Origin: Eledone cirrhosa
Lineage: Eukaryota
Length of the DNA stretch: 64,000 nucleotides
Assembly: GCA_964016885.1 (NCBI GenBank)
Contig: OZ024740.1
Location: forward strand, 273,544,001-273,608,000
Reading direction: 5' to 3'
In this document: piece after piece, positions 53,560 through 64,000 of the stretch
Layout: every line of letters starts with the position of its first letter
Numbering within the stretch: the first letter of the stretch is position 1
The notes under the pieces: model-generated
Told to the model about the DNA's origin: nothing
Databases searched by the model: none
The model's input: only the letters and a program-made list of their open reading frames with translations
Program-made: the position numbers and the translations under genes

Positions 53560-54070
53560 TAAGTCCTACGCAATCTGTGTTTGCATGCAGTTACCAGTTC
53601 GTCTTTCTTGTTTAGGAGTTGGTCCTTCGAAAACAGCATTAGTAAAGTTTCCTCCGAGCATAAATTGCACGGACGGCGTCCTCCCGTGTAAGAATTGGCT
53701 CTGGACAGTAAGCTCCAAGTGAGATCATAGGTAATATTATTATCTTTGAGGTCCAGATGTGGCCCGAAAGAGTGGTGGCGTGACGCCGGGCCGGGTTTCG
53801 GAAAGTATGTCTGTGTTGGTATAGCCGGGTCTTGAAGTCACATGCGGTTAATCCTATATAAGCTTTGTTGGAGGAGTCCGTCTTCACGTTGCACTGGTAG
53901 ATCACATTACGATCTCTGCATCTGTTGTCGAGTGGGAAAATGGATCGATCAGGACAGTTGCACATCCTGGTCGGCTCTCCACTGCTATTAAGGCTATTTC
54001 TTACATAGGGGTTGAGTTTTTTGTTGTTAGAGGAGATGATGTTTTGTGCAAAGTTAGGTGTAGTGCTGTA
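53560..54070 (-). pseudogene. Naiad-like PLE linker and GIY-YIG endonuclease (5'-truncated, one frameshift); pyrimidine-rich 3' region continues to about 53160
   Basis: CNCPDRSIFPLDNRC, NVIYQ...AYIGLT..FKTRLYQH..TTLSGHIW; after frameshift TWSLLSRA..Y...CNLC.EE...LLNKKDEL..CKH. Confidence 0.88.
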
Positions 54071-54253
54071 GGATCCTGCTGTGGTTGGCACTATCAACGC
54101 ACGGCTGGGTTTCCTCCCCTCCCTCTCCCTCTTTCTTCTACTGGCAGGTTCAGCTACCCCTTCCTTCCACAAATTGCCATGATAGAATTATGTGTCTCAA
54201 CAACAAACTTTTGACCAATCCTTGTGACAATCACTTTTACCATATATGGAATT

Positions 54254-54350
54254 ACTCCCTGAGAAGCTCGGCTATTCATGTACCAGGATGAAAATTGTCA
54301 TCTAGTCCAGAATTAGCCGTCGAAACGGCTTGAGCTCAGCCGTTTGGGGT
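54254..54350 (+). ncRNA. Hammerhead-like motif in the pLTR inverted relative to the GIY-YIG ORF (core mutated)
   Basis: actcc-CTGAGAA-gctcggcta...tagccgtc-GAAAC-ggct-tgagctc-agcc-GTT-t-ggggt. Confidence 0.6.
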
Positions 54351-54360
54351 CCTACTCGTT

Positions 54361-54414
<54 letters not shown>

Positions 54415-54914
54415 TATATAATTATAATCGAGCAAACACAACTGCACTTACAAAAATACACACTCACGGACATACATTCACAGAAATACACATACTTTCA
54501 CACAAACACATACATTCACACAAACACACATACTTACATTTACACAAACAAACACATACATATGCACTCACACACAGCGTCTATAAATCTGGAAATAGAA
54601 GGGTAAAAGGAAGTATAACTTTTTATTTATTTAATCTTAACAACACAGTTTAACTCTTTTTTAAACTCATTTGTTGTTACAGGTTTATTCACAGTTTTTA
54701 TAAAAGATATATATCAATATAATTCTTACAGATTGAAAACACAAACAAATATAATATATACAAAAGAAAGGGAAAGGAAAAAAGAAAGTGAAAGAAACAC
54801 ATATCTAGGACTAGATAAAAAAAATGCAGGCGAAAGTGGTGGACAAACGAGCCGCTACCAGAGCAAGAGATAACAATATCGCGAAGAACACTGGGAAACT
54901 TCTCTAATAACTTT

Positions 54915-55310
54915 TGACGCAAACCAGCACGACCGTAGCATTACCTCGGGTGATGGTGAGAATGAGGTGCCGGAAAAACCATGCGCCCTCACGAGCATCA
55001 CCAATTACGTCTGTTTTGCGAGTCACCAGTGAATATAAGAAACTCGCAGTCAGTAGCCCGATTCCGACAAACGTCTCGAACACCACAGCCTGGATAATGT
55101 AGTTGGCCGACAGATCACGTGATTTGAGGATTTTGTTCCGTTCAGCTAGGGATGCTGTAGTTCTCGCCCTTACCGCTGCATCGAGGATGTGGGAAGACGT
55201 TAAAGAGTCACTAACTGTGACGTCCTAGATAAGGCACGTTCCTCCTGACCAAGGCCACAGGGTACGACCGTCAAGTCTTTTCCTATCTATTCTAGACAAC
55301 CCATTCGGTT
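54915..55310 (-). pseudogene. Second CRE-like RLE-domain fragment
   Basis: PNGLSRIDRKRLDGRTLWPWSGGTCLI*DVTVSDS...AERNKILK...VVFETF...REGAWFFRHL...RGNA. Confidence 0.8.
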
Positions 55311-55469
55311 CTAAAATTGAGGGGATGTTTGCCCTGACCAAATCTCTTAAATGGTAATAATTTAGTGTGTGTATGTGCACGCGCGTGAATTTGTCGGTGT
55401 TTTTAAATTATAGACTTTTTACACATACATTCACACAAACATTGTGTGATGGACGGATTGACAGAATTT

Positions 55470-56130
55470 CCTTAAATTTATATAGATGTGAATGGAATTC
55501 TACTGAAGCAAGTAGAGAAGTTCACGTATCTCGTGGCCATGTTCATGAGTGATGGAATACAGAAGGCTGAATTAAGTTCAATAATTGCAAAAAGCTGCTG
55601 CAGTAATACACCATCTTCAGCATTAAGTAAACAGAAGAATGGAGGTAAGTGGAAGAGCCAAACTCGCTGTCTTCCTGTAATTCCTGCCAACCTTTATCGA
55701 GGGTCATTTATCTTGGGTAATGACCAAAACAATACAATTGCAAATACAAGCGGCCGAAATAGCGTTTCCCCGAAGGGACTTTGGAGTAACGTTACTTGAT
55801 AAAGGGCATAGCTCGGAGATCAGAGAGTCAGTCCTGGTAGAGATGCTACTTCTCCGAATAGAAAGATATCAGCTCCAATACTATGGGCATGTGGGTAGGA
55901 TGTCTCAGCAAAGAATTTCTGGACAAATTTTACAGGCAAAACCGACCGGCCAGAGACCCAGGGGTAGACCCTCAGCAAGATAGTTCGATAACATCGATGA
56001 GCTTCACTGGTCAAGCTTTGAGATCCAGCTGGATCAGTTAGAGATATTTGCTTCTGACAGACACGCTGGAAGGAGTGTTTGAGAAGGACTCTGCCCCCAT
56101 TCCCCTCTCAGAAATAAGTGGGCGAATAAG
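55470..56130 (+). pseudogene. RTE LINE 3' fragment
   Basis: LKQVEKFTYL; IQAAEIAF.RR..GVTLLD; LQYYGHVGRM..QR..QILQAKPTGQRPRGRP. Confidence 0.82.
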
Positions 56131-57939
56131 ATATTGTCAATTTAATTTCAATTTACATAGATCTATATGCATATATATTTGCGTATAATACCAATATGGA
56201 TACTACATGTGATAGCAGAAAACCACCCGGGGAGCGGTTATTCTGCTAGTACCGATAATAACAATAGACATTGGTAATGGAAATTATTAAACATTAACTG
56301 GTTAAAGAACTTTGTTAGGGATAGAGCGGCAAAGGTGATAAAGTTGAACATGATGATGCTGATGATGATGATGAAGATGATGATGATGATGATGAGGAGG
56401 AGCAGGAGGAGGGGGTGGATGAGGAGGTAGTTTTATTATTGAGGATGATGATGATGACGATGATGATGATGGTGGTGATGACAATGATGTTCATGGGATG
56501 GTGATCATCATCATCATCATCATCATCATCAAGTTCAAGAAGCTTGTGATAATGAATATGGTGGAGGCGTTGTTGATTTAGATTTCAAACAAGTAAGGAA
56601 ACACTTCCTATTATCTCTTCCAATAAAGAAAATACAAACTCATATTTCTGTCAAAGACGTATATATCGTTTCACCAAATTATTGATCAGTATCGTTCTTC
56701 TCGTTCCGCTTTCTTCTATACTATTTCATTCCTTCTCACTTTCTCGACCTCTCTCTTCCCCCATCCATCTCTACATACATGCTTAAATACACACATATAT
56801 GCAATCATACATACATGCATACATATATATATACATACATACTTACACATGCATACATAATTATACATCCATAATATATATATACATACATACATATTTG
56901 CACACTTACATAATAAATACATACATACATTCATACATACACACATCCATGCATATATAATGGCGTACATACATACATACATACATGTCTGCATGCGTAC
57001 TCATAAATGCAAGCATGCCTACATACTCACACCATAATACAAACATACGTACATTCATTCTTACATACATATATACATACATGCATACATCCTTATACGT
57101 GCTAGCATGTATGCATACATACATCAATCCATCCGTACATACATACATGCATACATATTTATACTTGCAAGCAATCATATATGACTACATACATACACGC
57201 ATATATATATGCAAGCTCATAGATACATACATACATGCATACATACATACGCACGTACGTACGTACATACATCAATAAATAGGTAGATTATGGAAGAATT
57301 TTTATTAAATTTCTACTATGATAATTAACTACGCAGGCATGACGAAAAATACTTAATTCATACATGAAAAAATGCATATGTTAATATAGATACATACACA
57401 TGTTCACACACAAAAGCACACACACATGCGCATGATATCCTTTTCGTGACCTTTGTGAGGATCAAGGTTTCAGGACCTGGTTGATCTCGGTGTGCCCAAT
57501 TTTTAAAACATATTGCAATGATAATACGTTAGTCAACCCGAAACTATAGTTAAACAGCTGTCCTCGTTGTAGTTAGAAACCTTGTAAATAGTTTAACGCT
57601 CGCCTGATAGAAAGGCGAAAGTGTTGAACACCATTAGAACCAACCATTAGCGAGAAGTGGCTTTACTGAAACAATAGTGTTCATAGAGGGCACCTGTCGA
57701 CCTTTATTAGTCTCCCAAGCTGAAAAATAACTTGGGATAATCCTACATTCAATCTAGTGGTATCGACGAATATAACTAAGCTTTTCTCATTGCTAAGCAA
57801 AATACACTTCCCATTAAGCCATAAATGCTACACAATTTTCAAACTACACAATGCTTAAGTTGTCTATACGTCTTTAGATATTATTGCTTTAAGTATCGCA
57901 GACTATAACAGCTTGAACCCACACAATCTAAACATACAC

Positions 57940-58290
57940 TCAAACGTGCAAATGCCAAAACCCTACCAATTGCCCACTAAGTGGAACCTGCCTCTCAAAC
58001 GTGGTGTCCTACAGAGCTACCTCAAAACTATCAGTCAACGTCCAGATTTATTCAGACCCGTACACTCTTTAGATCCAAGAACAGGGAGAAATATATCTCT
58101 GTCTCATTTCATATGGAGCGTTTGACCTAAGGCAGTAAATCCCGAGCATTACATGGAGCATTCTCGATTGGGCATCTCCATACCACCTCGGTGCCGTAAC
58201 TGTCACCTCTTCCTCCGCAGGCGTTGCATATACAGCAGCAACGTGTGATATGCATCAACAGACAAAACATTCTGTTGCCACTGAGGAAGT
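57940..58290 (+). pseudogene. Naiad-like linker and GIY-YIG remnant
   Basis: CKCQNPTNCPLSGTC (CxCx5Cx5C) NVVSYR; HSFRS; SLSHFIW; ITWSILDWASPY. Confidence 0.72.
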
Positions 58291-58439
58291 AACTGGTTAG
58301 ATTACTTCAAACCATTGACCCCAGACTTCCACTCCAATCTAAGTGTACCAGCTATACGAACAAAGGAAACATCTGCTCAAGGATATTATTTAAAAGTGAC
58401 TGACTATTCCATAAACACATGCAACCATAGCGTAATACC

Positions 58440-58625
58440 CAGCAAGATTCAGCATAATACTGGCTCTTTGAATTACTGGTGAGGAGACTGGAATAACGTG
58501 ATATAAATTGTTTTGCTCAAGGACACAACACGCCACTGGCGAATCGAATAATTTAACGCTCGAGAGCCGATTTCACTAAGACACTAAACATTCAGTATCT
58601 GTCTTTTCTCTCCCCCTCTCGCCCT
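58440..58625 (-). mobile_element. CORE-like SINE, paralogue of 39200-39330, adjacent to (TTC)n 58626-58728
   Basis: Shared sequence with 39200-39330. Confidence 0.6.
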
Positions 58626-59014
58626 CTTCTTCTTCTTCTTCTTCTTCTTCTTCTTCTTCTTCTTCTTCTTCTTCTTCTTCTTCTTCTTCTTCTTCTTCTT
58701 CTTCTTCTTCTTCTTCTTCTTCTTCTTCTCTCACTCTCTTATACACACGCAAAAGTGTATCTATGCATGTAGAGACAGGGTTTTGTGGGCTTATGTCCAC
58801 GACTGTTTTTACATTTACAACAGTTTAATACAGGCGCTGTTGTGTATGTTACAACTACTAAAGTGGTGATATATATTACAGCGAAAGTGATGAAATGACT
58901 CAATAAAAACATCCAACAGCTGAAAGCTTCGGCATTTCGAGTCACTTTGATCGCAGAATGAAAACGTTATCTCTTTGTTCGTGTTTGTGTGGATTCTCAG
59001 GACCAGTTTATGGA

Positions 59015-59285
59015 ACCTACACAATGGCTTAATGGCTATGATGCTTGACGTAAGATTATAATGTCGTCGGTTCAATTTCTTGACAGGATGCTGCTTTGTG
59101 TGCTTGAGCAAAACACTTCATTTTGGGTGTCCCAGCTCACTCAGTCGAGAGTGAGCACCAACAGAAGCTGGAGAGTAAACATGTGATAGACCGACGTCCT
59201 GTTCAAGGAGAGTCTTTTAATCTCAGTCGGTTAACGCTAAGGAAAACGGGATAACATAACACCAACTTGATGAGCTTTCGGCTTA
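59015..59285 (+). mobile_element. Decayed V/CORE-like tRNA SINE
   Basis: ggttcaatt B box; tgtgcttgagcaaaacactt; gtgatagaccgacgtcctgttcaagg; gaaaacgggat. Confidence 0.55.
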
Positions 59286-59773
59286 GAACAGATTTTAACG
59301 GGACTCAACCATTAACAAATCTATGTTATATATACCATACACAGAATTGACCCATATCAAATTGCAGCACAAAAATGTAAACTTCATACACTGAGATAGA
59401 AGATCCCGAAACAGATATCGATATTACTAAAACATATATGGATATCACTAAAACGGAATCTGAAGTATTAATTATTCATATGCAGCCACCAGCCTAAGCT
59501 AATCTGGAAAATGTTCGTCTGTCCCAAATCACCGATGAATGTATATTCGCTGTTGAGACGACACAATGGAAACGTAAGATTGTATTTAACTCTAGGACAT
59601 GTACGATAGATTTGAGAGCTTGACTCTCAACTGCGTACTACATTACGATATTATAAAATATTAGCAATATAACTGCTTTCATGTTTTAGTGTCGCTTGAA
59701 TTAAATTAAATATTTACCTTTAAATTAAATCATTACTTCCACATATGTGCTCAGGCACAAAGAATCCCACAAT

Positions 59774-59898
<125 letters not shown>

Positions 59899-59964
59899 AC
59901 ACACTCACAGACACACGAACACACACACACAGACACGCACACAGATGTATATAAATATGAATAA

Positions 59965-60005
<41 letters not shown>

Positions 60006-60217
60006 CGCTTGTGTTTGAATGTATGCAAACCTAATGACATGAAAAGAAAATCAACATTTTTTCCCGTTTACTTCGGTTATTTTACATTTTAAATTGATCG
60101 GAAATGTCTGTGGAATTGGTCTCATGTTCTCAGCATAAGGAACATCAGTTACAATACCCGGGGCAAAACTTAATTTCAATGCATTAAGTAAGAAAGGGAT
60201 ATATATTTATACATACA

Positions 60218-60291
<74 letters not shown>

Positions 60292-60338
60292 AATATTCAT
60301 ATATTTATATATACATACATACATAAGTATACATGCAC

Positions 60339-60386
<48 letters not shown>

Positions 60387-60526
60387 AGGGAGATATAGAT
60401 ATTTATATGTGTATATGTAAATAAGTTTTATATTAAATATGTGTATATATATATATTTTTTTTTATATAAATATCTATATCATATACATGGATGTGTATG
60501 AATATGCATTAATTATTTATATAAAA

Positions 60527-60609
<83 letters not shown>

Positions 60610-60700
60610 ATATATATTATATATATATAACAATCAACAAAGAAGGTGTGGTAAGATACCAGGTGGACCAAAACAGCCGTCGGGGTCCTGACTCTTTTCC

Positions 60701-60739
<39 letters not shown>

Positions 60740-60862
60740 TGTGTGTGTTAATTTATACATAAATTAACGGTAAGAGACAAAGGAAAAATGAAAAAGGTAA
60801 ATGTGAGAATTAATAGGTGTTTGGAAGGGGGTTGGCTGAATACCGAAAAAGGGAGTAGGGTT

Positions 60863-60939
<77 letters not shown>

Positions 60940-60954
60940 AATATATATATAAAT

Positions 60955-61001
<47 letters not shown>

Positions 61002-61014
61002 TATATATATATAA

Positions 61015-61107
<93 letters not shown>

Positions 61108-61594
61108 TATACATATATATATATATAAATATATATATAAATATATATATACATAAATATATATATATATATATATATATAAATATATACATAAATATAT
61201 ATATATATATATAAATATATACATAAATATACATACATATATATATATATATATACATATATAGATAAATATATATACATATATATATATATATAAATAT
61301 ATACATAAATACATATATATATTTTTATATATATATATATAAATATATAAAGTCTGAAGAATTGTTAAAGACAGTTGTTTGTGTTGCGATGAGAGGAGAA
61401 GGAGGAGGCGTTAAGAATGCTCGAGAGTGAGAACGTAGGAGGGATAGTGGCAGGATAAGAAGGCATTTGCAATTAACGTTACTCAAGCTTCGTATAACTT
61501 ATATTAATAGAAAAAAGTATCTGTAACAAAATAACGAACACAAGCGAAAATCACCAATATATATATATATATATATATATATTTTATAGAAGGA

Positions 61595-61643
61595 GCTTCT
61601 ACAGGACTAGTACTGTTTCATTCAGATGAAATCTTCAGGAAGC
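61595..61643 (-). ncRNA. Type I hammerhead ribozyme, GUA site
   Basis: gcttc-CTGAAGA-tttcatctgaat-GAAACAG-tactagtc-CTGTA^gaagc. Confidence 0.82.
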
Positions 61644-61706
61644 ACACAGTAAGTAAGGTACTCAATACATGGCAGAGTAAAATTTTTTTTTAATTTTATA
61701 GAAGGA

Positions 61707-61755
61707 GCTTCTACAGGACTAGTACTGTTTCATTCAGATGAAATCTTCAGGAAGC
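61707..61755 (-). ncRNA. Type I hammerhead ribozyme, tandem copy
   Basis: Identical motif to 61595-61643. Confidence 0.82.
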
Positions 61756-61912
61756 TCAGGAGCTGTGTGTGTGTGTTTGTGTGTAACTCTATTGTGTGTA
61801 ACTGAATGAAACAGTACTAGTCTTGTAGAAGCTCCTTCTATAAAATAAAAAAAAAATTTTACTCTGCCATGTATTGAGTACCTTACTTACTGTGGTTATC
61901 CCCGACTCAACG

Positions 61913-61953
<41 letters not shown>

Positions 61954-61991
61954 AGAGATATGCGTATGTGTGTGTTTGTGTATGTATAATA

Positions 61992-62057
<66 letters not shown>

Positions 62058-62118
62058 TATGTATGTGTCTATATAAGTGTGTGCGCGAGTACTTGCATGT
62101 GAGTGTGTGTCTGTCTAT

Positions 62119-62247
<129 letters not shown>

Positions 62248-62548
62248 TAGGGTTAAACCTATATATTGATATCGACTGTATGTATAATGAAATGAATTTC
62301 AAGACTTGAATAAAAAATAAATTACTACATCAGGAAAAAAATAAAGCAATGACGTAGCTATAAACCTGCTGCGTTCGTTTAATTGAATTCGAGTGTGACT
62401 TTATGTTTGTTTGTTTCTCTGCCTTGTCTCTGTTTATCTATATTATCTCTACTGTATTTTGTCATCATTGCTTTTACCAATTATTTTATACATAGAAAGG
62501 AAGACGCACACACACACACACATACACACATACATATATATATATATT

Positions 62549-62624
<76 letters not shown>

Positions 62625-62847
62625 AATGGAGTAACATGTGCTATCACACCGAGTTTTTGGTTAGAACGAAAGCTTATTGAGAAAGTAAGTCCTCTGTTCG
62701 ATCTTCCAGAGACCTAACTTGTATACACCACAAGCGGACTTTGTTGATTTCGGATTTACAGAAACCTCACTACTTAGATAATCAATAATTTCGAAGTCAC
62801 GGTCCAGGAATGTTATATATACAGATATATGCATGTACGTATGTATA

Positions 62848-62936
<89 letters not shown>

Positions 62937-63171
62937 CTGTGTATACATATATCTGTGTATGTGTGTGTCTGTGTATTTCCTTTTCTCACTAGTCAGTTCT
63001 TTCGTTGCTACAGATCACGCAGCTGGATTAGCGGTCGCTATTTTCAATTTGCAAAGCCCTTTAAACTGTATGTTATTACTCTGAGGTATATACCTTGTCG
63101 AGTGCTTGGCTGCACTGCTGAGGGCATTCGTTGGCTTAGCTGCTACTCGAACTTCGAATATGCTGTACTTT

Positions 63172-63199
<28 letters not shown>

Positions 63200-63205
<6 letters not shown>

Positions 63206-63375
63206 TATACTTTGGGAGGGTCATGTTGCCAAAAAGAAACACACGCACCAGATGCTTTCACTCCAATTTATTATAAATTAAATTATTAATTTAAGAATTT
63301 ATAAATATCCGGTTGCTTCGTTAATCCCACAACCGGACGGTTGTTCATATATTGTTAAAGTTCTTTCGTCACACA
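63200..63375 (+). mobile_element. Decayed repeat, same family as 1-150
   Basis: See 1-150. Confidence 0.6.
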
Positions 63376-63714
63376 TTCTGTGACCTTTTCAATGACTGTG
63401 GATTATTTTATTTGTTTTGTGCCTCTCCTTTGTTCTGTCCTACGCCATCTTGTTTTTGTATATGTTGTGTGCTTAGTGTGCGCATGTGTTACATCCGGGT
63501 GTCTGTGTGTGTTTTTATTTGTTTATTTATTTGTTTATTTTCATGTTACTGGTTGGTTTTTTGTTCTATGTGTGTGTGTGTTTTCATTTTGTCCTTAATT
63601 GTAAGTTGTGATGTTGCTATTCCATTCATGTTTTCTGTTTAATTTTGGTTGGAGTTCATTTATTTTTATTGTCTCTGTGATTTGTCTAAACATTGCGTCT
63701 TTTCTGTGTGTAGA

Positions 63715-63992
63715 TTTTATTTTCATTTCTATGTTCTCTAATTTGCCCTTATGTTCTATTTTAGCATGTTGGTGGAGTATCGATGATTCTTTTTTATCTT
63801 GAAGCTCTCGCCAGTGAGAGCTTCAAGATAAAAAAAATAAATAAATAAAAAAGAATTATCAATATTCCACCAACATGCTAAAATAGAACGTAAGGGCAAA
63901 TTAGAGAACATAGAAATAAAAATAAAATGGCTTACCATGAGGTGGCTTCCCTATCTTATGTCTAGCCCTATATAAAGCCACCTCATGGTACG
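63715..63992. repeat. Inverted repeat (63715-63928) followed by a second hairpin (63935-63992); probably another element cut by the window edge
   Basis: tttctatgttctctaatttgccctt...atcttgaagctctc / gagagcttcaagat...aagggcaaattagagaacatagaaa; taccatgaggtggctt/aagccacctcatggta. Confidence 0.75.
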
Positions 63993-64000
63993 ACAACCAG

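Larger units (their letters stand above)
61583..61912. mobile_element. Family X element: two tandem minus-strand units (112-bp period) plus inverted partial unit, in (TA)n
   Basis: Direct reading. Confidence 0.85.

Noticed and set aside
54270-54320. SECIS element in stem II of the Naiad-linked HHR
   Set aside because: The AUGA/GA quartet is absent (atgt); explained as an imperfect hairpin
59400-59580. Possible exon ending in GTAAGA
   Set aside because: In-frame stop in the obvious frame and no recognisable homology
62661-62810. ITFLD...NPKST as a PLE RT thumb fragment
   Set aside because: Too short and degenerate to support

Overview
AT-rich, microsatellite-dense animal genomic DNA, probably intergenic or intronic. 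The repeat content suggests a mollusc or octopod (inference). I found no convincing host protein-coding exon; nearly all tracked ORFs are microsatellite artefacts. Contents: (1) two near-full-length, frameshifted L1/Tx1-clade LINEs head-to-tail in an (ATT)n tract (about 41.1-53.0 kb); (2) decayed Penelope-like element (PLE, Naiad-like) RT and GIY-YIG fragments; (3) RTE, CRE-like and R4-like LINE fragments and tRNA-derived SINEs. The most striking feature is (4): about ten unrelated families of short, mostly non-coding elements lying in (TA)n tracts. They are built as inverted and/or tandem, circularly permuted units, and most carry a type I hammerhead ribozyme (HHR) motif (stem I-CTGANGA-stem II-GAAA-stem III-NUH-stem I'). 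One family has a tRNA-like cassette instead of a clear ribozyme. Together these look like a diverse retrozyme-like, PLE-mobilised small-RNA system. All folds and alignments were done by eye.
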